From the NCBI GenBank assembly GCA_963845755.1, contig CAWJTV010000029.1, forward strand, positions 1-64,000: 64,000 nt of DNA. Direction: 5' to 3'. The position numbers were made by a program, and so were the translations under genes. Every line of letters begins with the position of its first letter. The stretch's first letter is position 1. The DNA is from an uncultured Planctomycetota bacterium. Lineage in GTDB: Bacteria; Planctomycetota; Planctomycetia; Isosphaerales; Isosphaeraceae. A model generated the notes under the pieces. It did no database searches, had not been told where the DNA came from, and worked only from the letters and a program-made list of their open reading frames with translations. This document shows, piece by piece, positions 45,034 to 54,942 of the stretch.

Positions 45034-45870
45034 CTACTCTCCGCCTGCGGCGACCTCGGCCAGGGCTTCGTCGAGGTTCTTGGCTGGTACCGGCTTGCCG
45101 TGGAAATTGGTGTCGCCCAGCTTGCGGAGGAGCTTGAGGATCCCCTGTCCCTTATGCGTCAACGAGACGATGCAGGTCGGCATGCCCTTGACGGCATTGG
45201 CCCGGTCCAGGGCCTTGAGCACCTCGCGCATGTCGTTGCCGTTGATGACCTGCGTCTTCCAGCCGAATGCCGTGAACTTGCCGTCGATCGGGTCCATGTT
45301 CAGGACCTCCTCGGCGGGGCCGGTCTGCTGGAAGTGATTGCGGTCGACGATGAGGGTGAGGTTGTCGAGCTGGAACTTGGCGGCCGACGCAGCGGCCTCC
45401 CAGTTCTGGCCCTGGTCGAGCTCGCCGTCGCCCGTCATGACGTACGTGTGATAGCCCTTCTTGTCGATCCGCGCGGCCAGGGCATGGCCGACGCCGAGAG
45501 AAAGTCCCTGGCCGAGCGAGCCGGTCGAGGCCTCGACACCCGCGAGCCGCTTCATGTTCGGGTGCCCCTCCACCGGACTGTCGATCTTGCGGAGGGTCAT
45601 GATCTCGTCATGCGGGAAATAGCCGGCCTGCGCCAGCGCCGCGTAGAGCACAGGCGCCGCATGACCTTTCGAAAGGATGAAGCGGTCGCGATCCGGCCAG
45701 TGCGGGTTCTTGGCATCGTGCTTCAAGAACCCTCCAAAATAAAGCGCCGTCACGACCTCGGTCGCCGACAACGAGCTGCTGGGATGGCCCGAGCCGGCCT
45801 CGGTCGTCATCCTCAGAATGTCTTCCCGGATCGACTTGGCGCGCGCCAAGAGGGCGTCAAGGTCGGCCAC
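45034..45870 (-). CDS. Transketolase, N-terminal (TPP-binding) subunit
   Basis: SGHP, RDRFILSKGHA, GHP, STGSLGQG, GDGE; GAGGAG RBS before GTG. Confidence 0.93.
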   Translation of the reverse strand: MADLDALLARAKSIREDILRMTTEAGSGHPSSSLSATEVVTALYFGGFLKHDAKNPHWPDRDRFILSKGHAAPVLYAALAQAGYFPHDEIMTLRKIDSPVEGHPNMKRLAGVEASTGSLGQGLSLGVGHALAARIDKKGYHTYVMTGDGELDQGQNWEAAASAAKFQLDNLTLIVDRNHFQQTGPAEEVLNMDPIDGKFTAFGWKTQVINGNDMREVLKALDRANAVKGMPTCIVSLTHKGQGILKLLRKLGDTNFHGKPVPAKNLDEALAEVAAGGE

Positions 45871-46046
45871 TGTTACATCCTCCTCGATCCGCACACCCCC
45901 GTGGTTGCTCGGCTGCATGGGGGCTGGACGCTGGGACGGCCAGGCGGGGACTCGAATCGTGAATCTTCAAACTTCCACGGGATTTGCCCGCAAATCGAGT
46001 TCCAAAGTTAACGACTGACCGGCCCGCACGGCAAGAGGGTCCTTTC

Positions 46047-46105
46047 GTAGGTCAGGCTTTCCGGCCCGACGAACTGCCAACGTCAGGCTGCAAAGCCTGA
46101 CCTAC
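46047..46105. repeat. GTAG-type REP doublet (REPIN-like)
   Basis: GTAGGTCAGGCTTT ... AAAGCCTGACCTAC, perfect 14-bp outer IR; each half has its own internal palindrome. Confidence 0.8.
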
Positions 46106-46118
46106 CTCATTCGAACAC

Positions 46119-46165
46119 TTGACAACGACACCTCGAAGCTCTATGTATTAGATAACGATGCATAG
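46119..46165 (+). promoter_or_regulatory. Putative padR promoter with palindromic operator
   Basis: TTGACA at 46119-46124; CTATGTAT-N9-ATGCATAG palindrome at 46141-46165 directly before the RBS. Confidence 0.6.
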
Positions 46166-46176
46166 GAGGTCGAGGT

Positions 46177-46527
46177 ATGGACTCGCAATTCCTGGGCAGT
46201 GCGGTCGAGATGCTGATCCTGGAAGTGATCGCGCAAGGGCCGAGCTACGGATACGAGATCACGCAGACGGTGTCGGAGCGTTCCGAGGGATACTTCGAGT
46301 TGAAGGAGGGCTCGCTGTACCCGGCGCTGCACCGGATGGAGCGGCAGAAGCTCTGCTGCGCCTCATGGCGGGAGGCCGACGGGCGAAGGCGCAAGTATTA
46401 CGAACTGACCGACGCCGGGCGGGCGGAGCTGGCCTCGCGGAAGCAGTCGTGGCTGAGTTTCACGGCGGGCGTCAATGGCGTGCTGGGGATCGGCCGGGCC
46501 AGCCGGCTCGGGTTGGATCTCTCGTAG
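46177..46527 (+). CDS. PadR-family transcriptional regulator
   Basis: YGYEI, EGSLYPALHRME, RRRKYYELT..GR. Confidence 0.95.
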   Translation: MDSQFLGSAVEMLILEVIAQGPSYGYEITQTVSERSEGYFELKEGSLYPALHRMERQKLCCASWREADGRRRKYYELTDAGRAELASRKQSWLSFTAGVNGVLGIGRASRLGLDLS

Positions 46528-46588
46528 GGTGCTCTGCGAGCACCAATTCGTGGCGTGAGAGGGAGACGGGGCTCGCGGAGCACCCGAC
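46524..46588. repeat. Second GTAG-type REP doublet overlapping the padR stop codon
   Basis: GTAGGGTGCTCTGCGAGCACC ... GGGGCTCGCGGAGCACCCGAC. Confidence 0.7.
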
Positions 46589-46597
46589 AACGCACCC

Positions 46598-48037
46598 ATG
46601 GACCTACGCGACACACTTTCCGCCGAACTGCCCCCACCTCGCGATGACGAGCCGGCCAGCCTGCGTCGGGACATCCTCGACGAGTTGGCCGACCATCTCA
46701 GTTGTGCTTACCACCGTGAATTATTGCGCGGCGCGGATCCGGTCGAAGCGAGGCGGCGCGTCTTGAACCGGTTCGGGGAGCCGGCGGCCGTCGCCCGCCG
46801 GCTCTGGCTCGATGCGATGAAAGGCAAGATCATGGCCCAGCGAGTTGTCATGGCGACGTGCCTCGTCGTGACCCTGGCCAGCCTGTCGCTGGTCGGGGTC
46901 GTGTACCAGCGATCGGTCATGTCCCAGAGGGCTTTCGAACGAGCACTGGCCTTCGAGAGGGAGAAGGCCCAGTCCAGCCAGCAAGAGATGCTGAAACAGT
47001 TGCGCGAGATGTCCGAAGCGATCCGGAATCCCCGCTCGCCCGACTGGAATCCCGTGAAGTTCCGGATCACCGAGGAAACCCCCGACGGACCTCCCGTGGT
47101 CGGATGCTCGATTATGCTCCACCAGAACAACACGGCGGACTCGCGTCGATCTCGGACGTCTGACGCTTCGGGAATTGCGGACCTCGGGATTCTTCACCCC
47201 GGGCAATACATCTTCGAAGTCTCCAGGAGCTGGGGTGAAGGCAACCTCGGTGGATCGGGACTGCTCAGCGTCGAACCGGGCAGTCAGGTCAACCAGCTCA
47301 TCGTCTGCCCCAAGACCCTCCTCGAGCGCGTGCCCGTGCGCATCCGTTGTGCCTGGCCCGCGGATCTCGAAAAGGAGGGCCTGGTACTCGAAGCGCCGTT
47401 CGTGATCGATTCGGTTGACCGGTCGGGCGTGTCGTGGCGGGTCCTTCATCGTTGGAACTCGGAACCCAACGCGCGAACTCCCACCGCCGAGCATGAGGCA
47501 TGGAGGTATAGCGTGGTTCGGCCTGTTTTGATGGGTCCTGGGATGGCGTTAGCCGAGATCTTCAATCAAGCTGCGGGGCTCTCTATCTGGGCGGCACAAT
47601 CGACGCGGGGGGTCGACTTCCAGGCCGCCGTCCTGACGACGGACGTTCACGCGATCGAAGGGCCGGAGCCAACGCTGAACTGGGAGCACGGCAGTTATCA
47701 CCTTACCAGCCTGGTCGTACTCCGCCCGATCGTGCCGTCTGGTGGCAAGGGAGGAATCCGACAATTCGGGATCCTCGCCGAAATCCATTCCTGGAACGGT
47801 GGTAACCAAAGGCGGTTGCGGACCGACCCACCCACGGCGGAAGAGTTGAATATGCCAGAGATTCTCGGCGGTGTGACGATGGTCCCGTCCGAGAATCTCG
47901 AACTCCCCATGGAATACTGGTCCCGTATCGCCGGGAGCTTCGTGGCGCGCCCGGGTCAGGTGAACGAGTGGACGATCCCCTTGCCGGACAGGCTGATCCA
48001 GGCCGTTCGTGAGAAACTCAAGGCGGCAAAGCCCTAG
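46598..48037 (+). CDS. Membrane-anchored protein, paralogue 1 (HAAS/permease-prefix-like N-terminus, TM, coiled coil, Ig/carboxypeptidase-regulatory-like domain)
   Basis: I.DEL.DHL...Y..EL.RG....EA....L.RFG.P..VA; TD.SG.AD.G...PG.Y. Confidence 0.82.
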   Translation: MDLRDTLSAELPPPRDDEPASLRRDILDELADHLSCAYHRELLRGADPVEARRRVLNRFGEPAAVARRLWLDAMKGKIMAQRVVMATCLVVTLASLSLVGVVYQRSVMSQRAFERALAFEREKAQSSQQEMLKQLREMSEAIRNPRSPDWNPVKFRITEETPDGPPVVGCSIMLHQNNTADSRRSRTSDASGIADLGILHPGQYIFEVSRSWGEGNLGGSGLLSVEPGSQVNQLIVCPKTLLERVPVRIRCAWPADLEKEGLVLEAPFVIDSVDRSGVSWRVLHRWNSEPNARTPTAEHEAWRYSVVRPVLMGPGMALAEIFNQAAGLSIWAAQSTRGVDFQAAVLTTDVHAIEGPEPTLNWEHGSYHLTSLVVLRPIVPSGGKGGIRQFGILAEIHSWNGGNQRRLRTDPPTAEELNMPEILGGVTMVPSENLELPMEYWSRIAGSFVARPGQVNEWTIPLPDRLIQAVREKLKAAKP

Positions 48038-48051
48038 TTCGGTCCTCATCC

Positions 48052-49482
48052 ATGGACGATCGTGACGTTCTTTCTGCTGAGTTGCCCCCACCTCGTGAGG
48101 ACGAGCCGCTCGGCCTGCGCCAGGACATCCTCGACGAACTGGCCGACCATCTCGGCTGCGCTTACCGCCGCGAACTCTTGCGCGGCGCGGGTCCGGTCGA
48201 AGCGAGACAGCGCGTCTTGAACCGATTCGGCGACCCGGCGGCCGTGGCTCGCCGGCTCTGGCTCGATGCGATGAAAGGCAAGATCATGGCCCAGCGAATC
48301 CTCGTGGCAACCTGCCTGGTCGTGACCCTCGCCAGCCTGGCGGTGGTCGGGATCCTCTCCCAGCAATCGATCCGTGCTCAGCGGGATGCCGCCCGCATGG
48401 CCGTGGAGGCCCAGAACAATCAGCGGGAGATGCTGAAGCAGTTGCGCGAGATGTCCGACGCGATCCGGAACCCGCGTTCCTTCGACTGGAACCCACTGAC
48501 CTTCAAACTGACCGAGGAAACTCCCGCTGGTCCAGCTCTCGCCGGCGTGGTAATCATGCTGGCCCAAGCGGATCAGCGACCGCAGAATTGGATTTCTCGG
48601 ACGACTGATGGTTCGGGCGTCGCCGATTTCGGTCTGGTCAATCCCGGTACCTACAATTATCAGTTCAGCGAGACCTGGGCTTCGGGTTTGCTGGGCGGAT
48701 CGGGCAAACTCCGTGTCGAACCGGGCCGCCAGGTTGACAAGGTGATCGTCTTTCCGAAGCACCTGCTCGAGAGCGTGCCCCTGCGAATGCGATCTACGTG
48801 GCCAAACGATCTTGAAAAGGAAAGGTTGATACTCGAAGCACAGTTCCAGACCAAACCCATCGTCCAGGACGAGGTAGAATGGACGATCCAGCATCGATGG
48901 ACCCTCGAGCAGCCAGACACCACGCCCTTCGGCATGTCGGCGCCACTCTATATCCAGACCCGTAGCGTGCTCTCTGGTCCCGGCCCTGCGCTGGCCGAGG
49001 TCTTCAATAGCCGGCCGGGACTTTACCTGTGGGGGTCCGACGTGGAAAACCCACCGAAAACCTGGGCGGACGTTTTGACGAACGACATTCGCGAGGTCAA
49101 GGACCCTGGTGGGACATTGATGTGGGAACAGTGCCACTATCAACTCACCAAACTGACCGTGCTACGCCCGGTCCCATCGTCCGATGGTAAGGAATCGATC
49201 AGGCACTTTGAGGTCCTCGCCGAGGGTTATAGTTGGGGTGGTGGGCAGCGCGGAATTCGACACGATCCACCCACCGAGAAGGAGTTGAAGACGGCCTTAG
49301 CGACGATGGGCGAATTCAGGCCCCAGCCCTCAAGTGTTAAGGTTAAGCTCCCCGCGGAGTTTTGGACCCGGATGTCCACCCGCTTCGATGCGCGACCCGG
49401 CCAGGTCAACGAATGGACGATCCCCTTGCCAGACGAGCTGATCAAGGTCGTTCGTGAGAAACTCAAGGTGGCTAAGCCATAG
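48052..49482 (+). CDS. Membrane-anchored protein, paralogue 2
   Basis: Same architecture; near-identical N-terminal ~100 aa and C-terminal ~30 aa to paralogue 1. Confidence 0.82.
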   Translation: MDDRDVLSAELPPPREDEPLGLRQDILDELADHLGCAYRRELLRGAGPVEARQRVLNRFGDPAAVARRLWLDAMKGKIMAQRILVATCLVVTLASLAVVGILSQQSIRAQRDAARMAVEAQNNQREMLKQLREMSDAIRNPRSFDWNPLTFKLTEETPAGPALAGVVIMLAQADQRPQNWISRTTDGSGVADFGLVNPGTYNYQFSETWASGLLGGSGKLRVEPGRQVDKVIVFPKHLLESVPLRMRSTWPNDLEKERLILEAQFQTKPIVQDEVEWTIQHRWTLEQPDTTPFGMSAPLYIQTRSVLSGPGPALAEVFNSRPGLYLWGSDVENPPKTWADVLTNDIREVKDPGGTLMWEQCHYQLTKLTVLRPVPSSDGKESIRHFEVLAEGYSWGGGQRGIRHDPPTEKELKTALATMGEFRPQPSSVKVKLPAEFWTRMSTRFDARPGQVNEWTIPLPDELIKVVREKLKVAKP

Positions 49483-49499
49483 CTCGGTCCTTTTCAGGG

Positions 49500-50950
49500 A
49501 TGATGGCGAAACCCTTTCCGTCGGGCTCCCCTGGTCCCATGATGACGAACCCTCCTGCGCCGGGACATCCCGGATGAGTTGACCGACGACCTCGATAGCG
49601 CCTATAACTGCGGGCAGCCGCGCGGGGTGCCTCCGGGCGCGGCTCGTCGGCGTATGATCGCACGGTTCGGCAGTCCGGCGACCGTGACCGGCCGGATCTG
49701 GCTCGATGCTATGAAAGGGACGTTCATGGCTCAGCGCATCCTGATCGCAACGTGCTTCGTGATGGTGGCGGCCTGCTTCGGACTGGTCGGGTTCGTCTGG
49801 TCCGAGTCGAATCGCTGGTCCCAGGTCAATCTGGTCCTGATCGACCAGACGCAGCGGACCAATCAAGAAATCCTCAAGCAATTAGAGACGTTGGCCAAAT
49901 CGCCACAGACCCCTCGCAAGTCTGACGAGTGGATCCCCGTGAGTTTCAAGTTGACCGTGGAAAAGCCCGACGGACCTCCCGCGGTCGGATACGAGATCTG
50001 GCTCGGCAAGGGCGAGGGCGGCTCGAGAAAAGACGGGGCGATTCGTCGATATACTGATGACAAGGGACTGGCCGATTTCGGTGTCATCCGGCCGGGTGAT
50101 TGGGAGTACCGCATTCAGGCCGATTGCGATGACGGGCGGTATTGGTTCGCGTCGTGGAATCTCAACGCGGTGCCGGGGACCAAGGTCTTCGAGCAAATCC
50201 GTTGTCCCAGGCGACCCCCGGATCGAGGAGCGGTTCGAGTCCGGGTGGCGTGGCCGGAGGATCTTTCGAGTCAGAACCTTCACCTGATTGCATTGTTCCG
50301 GCTTAAGGCACACACTTATCAGGGGCCACCGAGGTGGTGGTTGTCGGATCCGCAAGACCAACAGAGCACGCGATCAAGAGAGATCCTATGCGGGCCAGGA
50401 AGTCAGCAAGCGGAAATCGTTTCGGAGAATTATCCCTATTTCTGGAGACCAGCCACGCAAATCGAAGCGCGTACCTCACGAGGAGAGCGAGGGCTTCTGC
50501 TGCCCGATCCCGTAGCTCTAACAGGTTCACCTGATGCGAGTTCCGAAGCATCCGCCATCTCGAACCGAGTTTATGCCGAGTTCAATTCGACCCCCGAGTT
50601 TTCCGATTCGGGCGGCATCGAAATCGAGGCTGGGAAGTATCGACCCGAACGGCTGATCGTCCTCCAGACCCGCGCCGCCACGAAACCAGGCCGGGGAACG
50701 GATCAATTCGAAGTACTCGCGATGGGAGGCGGTCCCAGCATCACTCCCGGCGCACGGGATGAAGCTTCCGGCAAGGATATTCCTTACGCGTTTCTTGAAG
50801 CGAGGGTGCTCCAGGCCTCAACGAAAACGCAATCTCTGCGGGATGGACGATGCATTCGAGGCGCAGGCCGGCCAGGTCAAGGAATGGACGATCACCTTGC
50901 CGGGCGAGCTGATCAAGGCCGTTCGTGGGAAGCTCGCGGCCAAAAAGTAA
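49500..50950 (+). CDS. Membrane-anchored protein, paralogue 3, with decayed N-terminal domain (likely start 49711 or 49726); frameshift near 50820
   Basis: WLDAMKG..MAQRIL.ATC, TDDKGLADFG.IRPG, GQVKEWTITLP.ELIKAVR.KL. Confidence 0.7.
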
Positions 50951-50960
50951 GGCCGGATGC

Positions 50961-52476
50961 CTACCGGCGGGCCATCGTCCCGCCCGGTTCGGCGAGCGTT
51001 CCTACCTCGCAGCGTGCGAACAGGATCGAGACGCTATCGAGATGGAGGACCGTCCAACCCGGCTCCTTGACCAGCCGCCGGGCGAGGCCACGGTCGGGGC
51101 GGAGCCAGACCAGGTCGATCCGGTCGCGGTCGCGGACGTGATCCCACGCCGGGCCGCCGGTCAGGACGTCGACGTATTCGACGATCGCCTCCTTGCCGAA
51201 CAGCTCGAACCGGTCGTCGAGATAAGACCGTCGGATCGGCTGGCACTCGGCCTCGAGGAATCCGCCCCAATCCTGCTCATGAAACAGGCGCGCCGCGATG
51301 GGCTGACGATCGAGGGTCGCCACGGCGGCGAGCGGCCATTTCTCGGGGGCGTAGCCGCCAAGCGTAACGCGACCGGCCACGAGTATCGCCAGGATGACCG
51401 TCGCCGCCATCGGCCAGATCGACTCGCGACCGTCCCGCTTCCACGATTGCCGTGATGATGCCGAAAGCGGCAATCCATCGAGCAGCGCGGCCAGCGCCGG
51501 GGCCGCCGCCATGGCGAACAGCGGGGCGTTGCGGATCGATGTCAGCGCCAGGTGCAGCCAGACCAGCAGGTGCACCAACTGGTAGCGATCGACCCGTCGC
51601 GACGAGATGACCGGTAGCCCGACCAGGGCCAGCAGCACCCACTCCAGGACCTCCGCGTCCGGCTTGCCGAACGGGGCCGGTTGGTATTCGATGATCCGGC
51701 TCGTCACCCCGCTGGAGATCAATAACGTCACGACATGCCGGTAAAGCCCGATTCCATAGGGGTTTGCCAGCGCCGCCAGACCGGAGGCGCCGAAAGGCCG
51801 CCGTGAACTTCAGCAGGTTGCGGCGCCTCACCGGGTCCCACGGCCCGGAGATCGCGTGCCCCACGCCGGCCGTTGCCACGATCATCGGCAAGGCCACGAA
51901 CCCGCCGTGCAGGTTCGCCAGGATCGCCGTGTAAAGCGGGACCAGGAAGACTCCCCAGCCCCCGCGCTCGTGTTGTTTCTGACAGGCCCTTAACGTCAGA
52001 TAGAAAAACATAAATGTGAACAGATGTGGTCTTATTAAGAAATGGATCGACCCGATGGCGGCGGTGAGGATGGCGACGATCACGGCCACCATGGGCGAGA
52101 TACCGTCGCGCACCAGCCCGCGCGCCATCGAGCCGTAGAGCACGGCCAATCCGACCGCCGTCAGGGCGATGACCGCCGACCAACCTCCGTGGTCGACCAG
52201 GACCGCCAGCAGGACGTCGAAGCCCCACGACTGGTTAACCCAGGGAGCACCCTGACGAGTGAACGTCAGGGTGTCGTGCCGGGGCACCGCGCCCGTGGCG
52301 AGGATCTCGCGGCCCAACCGCAGATGCCAGGGTGTCCCCGGATCGTTGAACAGGCCGTGACGACATCCGATGAGGATCAGCAAGAGCACGATGGCGAAAA
52401 CGATGTCGCCGGGTCCGGGCATCAGGCGGCCGGAACGGGTCCATCTCGGGGTCGTTGGAGGGTCGGAGGCTTGCAT
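50961..52476 (-). CDS. Multi-pass membrane protein, possibly a GT-C-type glycosyltransferase; frameshift near 51790
   Basis: DPGTPWHLRLG, RPHLFT, ANLHGGF, NPYG, WGG.L, YLDDR.EL motifs with many TM helices. Confidence 0.7.
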
Positions 52477-52620
52477 GGTGTCTCGGTCCAGATCCGGCGC
52501 GGTTCTCTATCTCCACCTTAGATCACGGCGACCAGGCTGGCCTCTTTTCGAGGGGGCGTCTCGGGTTATACTGAAAAGGAGCCATCCACCCCCCCTGCTC
52601 TCTGGACGTCGGGGCCACCC

Positions 52621-53718
52621 GTGAAACCTCCCCGCATCGACGTAAGTCGCCGCGATTTATTGCGTCTGCGACGGCCTGCACCCGCGGGCCTCGAGTCGGG
52701 TGCGACCGCGGGCAGCCACCAGGAGCTGATCCGGGCACATCGTCCGGCGATGGGATCGTCGTTCGAGATCCGGCTGCCGGCCAGTACACCCGGCGCGGTC
52801 GACCTGGCCTGCCGTGCGCTCGACCTCATCGACGCGCTGGAGGCCCAGATGACCGTCTACCGCGACGATTCCGAGGTGAGCCGGCTCAACGCCTCGGCCC
52901 ACCTGGGTCCCGTCCCGGTCGAGCCAGGGCTCTTCCGGCTGCTTCAGGACGCGTTGAATCTCAGCCGGGAGACCGGCGGCGCCTACGACGTCACGTCGGG
53001 GCGCTCTCGGAAGCCTGGGGGTTCGTCAAGGGGCCGAAGCGCGTGCCCGACCCGGCCGCCCTCGCCGAGGCGCGGGCCCGGACCGGCTGGCATCACCTCC
53101 GGCTCGAGCCCGGACCGCACACGGTCACCTTCGACCGCGAAGGGATCCGGATCAACCTGGGCAGCATCGGCAAAGGCTATGCGATCGACCGGGCGGTCGA
53201 ACGTGCTCCGGGGCTACTGGTGGCCGACGTCGGGCCTGGTCCATGGCGGCCGGTCCAGCCTCTTCGCGCTGGGGTCGCCGCCCGGCCAGTTCGGCGGGCG
53301 CTGGGAGGTCACTCTGCGCAATCCTTTCCAGCCGGAATCCCCCCTCGGAATGTTCCGGCTGAGGAATCGGGCACTGGGGACCTCGGGCGCCGCATTCCAG
53401 CAGTTCGTGGCCGAAGGACGCGCGTATGGCCACATCATCGATCCCCGATCCGGTGAGCCGGCCTTCGGACCGGCCAGCGTGACCGTGCTGGCGCCCACGG
53501 CCGCCGCCGCCGACGCCCTGTCAACGGCCTTCTATCTCCTGGGCCCCGACGCGACCGCGGACTACGTCGCGGCTCATCCCGAGATCGGCGCCGTGATCGT
53601 CGAGCCCGGTCCGGCCGATGGGGATGGATCCCCGCGAGTGCTCGCGTTCGGCGTGAGCGAATCGGATTATGTCGCGGGAACGGTAGGCAGTAGGCAGTAC
53701 GCGACAGGCAGTGAATAA
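52621..53718 (+). CDS. apbE: FAD:protein FMN transferase; two compensating frameshifts (~53000, ~53200)
   Basis: AMGS.F, SEVSRLN, T.GAYDVT, NLGSIGKGYAID, TSG, HIIDPR.G.P, ADALSTA. Confidence 0.92.
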   Translation: MKPPRIDVSRRDLLRLRRPAPAGLESGATAGSHQELIRAHRPAMGSSFEIRLPASTPGAVDLACRALDLIDALEAQMTVYRDDSEVSRLNASAHLGPVPVEPGLFRLLQDALNLSRETGGAYDVTSGRSRKPGGSSRGRSACPTRPPSPRRGPGPAGITSGSSPDRTRSPSTAKGSGSTWAASAKAMRSTGRSNVLRGYWWPTSGLVHGGRSSLFALGSPPGQFGGRWEVTLRNPFQPESPLGMFRLRNRALGTSGAAFQQFVAEGRAYGHIIDPRSGEPAFGPASVTVLAPTAAAADALSTAFYLLGPDATADYVAAHPEIGAVIVEPGPADGDGSPRVLAFGVSESDYVAGTVGSRQYATGSE

Positions 53719-53821
53719 TAGGGGGCGGGGGTTTCCGTTGCCGCCCACGACCAGACCGAGGGTCTGCAACACAAGCAATCCCAGGACCCAAAGAGGTAAG
53801 GACTTAAGGACCAAAGAACGA

Positions 53822-54847
53822 ATGGCACGCAACTATCCCGGATTCCTCGCGGCGTTCTTCATCATCCTGCTCCGGGTGGGCATCGGCTGGCATTTCCTGA
53901 ACGAGGGAATCGAGAAATACGAGTCGGGCCAGAACGGCAAGGAGCCATTCTCGGCCGAGATTTACTTGAGGAACGCCAACGGCCCACTGGCGCCCTACTT
54001 CCGGCAGATGGTGCCCGATGTCGACGGCCGGGATCTGCTCGACGAGTCGAAGCTGAAGGCGGCCTGGCGGGCGGACGTCTCGCGGGTCGCCAACCACTTC
54101 GGCTTTGAACCGGCCCAGGGGACCCAGGCCGAGAAGCTCGCCGATGAATCCGAGCGATGGATCGACTTCTGGTTCAACGACTTCGAGAACAAGGAGAAGC
54201 GGGAGAAGTATCTCCACGACCTGGACCATGTCGAGCAAATCGAGCACGACCCGAATGCGTTGTCGTACGAGCGCGAACGAGCCCTGGAGACGCGCCGAGG
54301 CCTGGACGCGGACCGTCGTTCGCTGATCGGCCCGCTGGTCGAGCGCGGCAAGACGTTGCGAGCGGCGGTCGCCAAGCTCGCGACGGACGACCAACTCCAG
54401 AAGGCCGGGGGGATCGGGGCGCCCTGGACCCACCTCGACGCGATCAACCTGGCGACGACCTACGGGCTGATCGCGATCGGCGTCTGCCTGATCCTGGGGT
54501 TCCTGACTCCCCTGGCGGCACTCGGGGCCGCGGCGTTTCTCGCGATGATCTACCTGTCCATGCCCCCGTGGCCGGGCCTACCCCCGAACCCGAGGACCGA
54601 GGGGCACTATTTCATCGTGAGCAAGAACCTGGTCGAGTTGATCGCCTGCATGGTCATCGCCACCACGCCGAGCGGCCACTGGATCGGCCTCGACGCCTTG
54701 TTCTTCGGCGCCCGGCGCCGACGACGGCTGGCCCCTCAGCCTTCCGAACCGAATCCGAACGCAAGACCGACCCGCGATCGCCCGGTCACGAAACCGGTGA
54801 CCGACCGCGAGCTGGCCGAGGACCACAAGCCGATCCCGATCGGTTGA
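53822..54847 (+). CDS. DoxX/DoxD-like membrane protein with periplasmic helical insert
   Basis: LLRV.IGWHFL.EG..K, IG.CLILG.LT, YLSMPPWPG, IV.KNLVE, GLD. Confidence 0.82.
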   Translation: MARNYPGFLAAFFIILLRVGIGWHFLNEGIEKYESGQNGKEPFSAEIYLRNANGPLAPYFRQMVPDVDGRDLLDESKLKAAWRADVSRVANHFGFEPAQGTQAEKLADESERWIDFWFNDFENKEKREKYLHDLDHVEQIEHDPNALSYERERALETRRGLDADRRSLIGPLVERGKTLRAAVAKLATDDQLQKAGGIGAPWTHLDAINLATTYGLIAIGVCLILGFLTPLAALGAAAFLAMIYLSMPPWPGLPPNPRTEGHYFIVSKNLVELIACMVIATTPSGHWIGLDALFFGARRRRRLAPQPSEPNPNARPTRDRPVTKPVTDRELAEDHKPIPIG

Positions 54848-54942
54848 GAGTTGCGAGTCGCTTCCGTTCGATGCGTGTCTCCCAACCCCGCGGTACCCCG
54901 AATCTCCACTGCCTACCGCCTACTGAAGACAAGGAGCGATCC

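Noticed and set aside
46598..50950. Diversity-generating retroelement or shufflon behind the paralogue variation
   Set aside because: No reverse transcriptase or invertase, and no adenine-specific template/variable repeat pair seen
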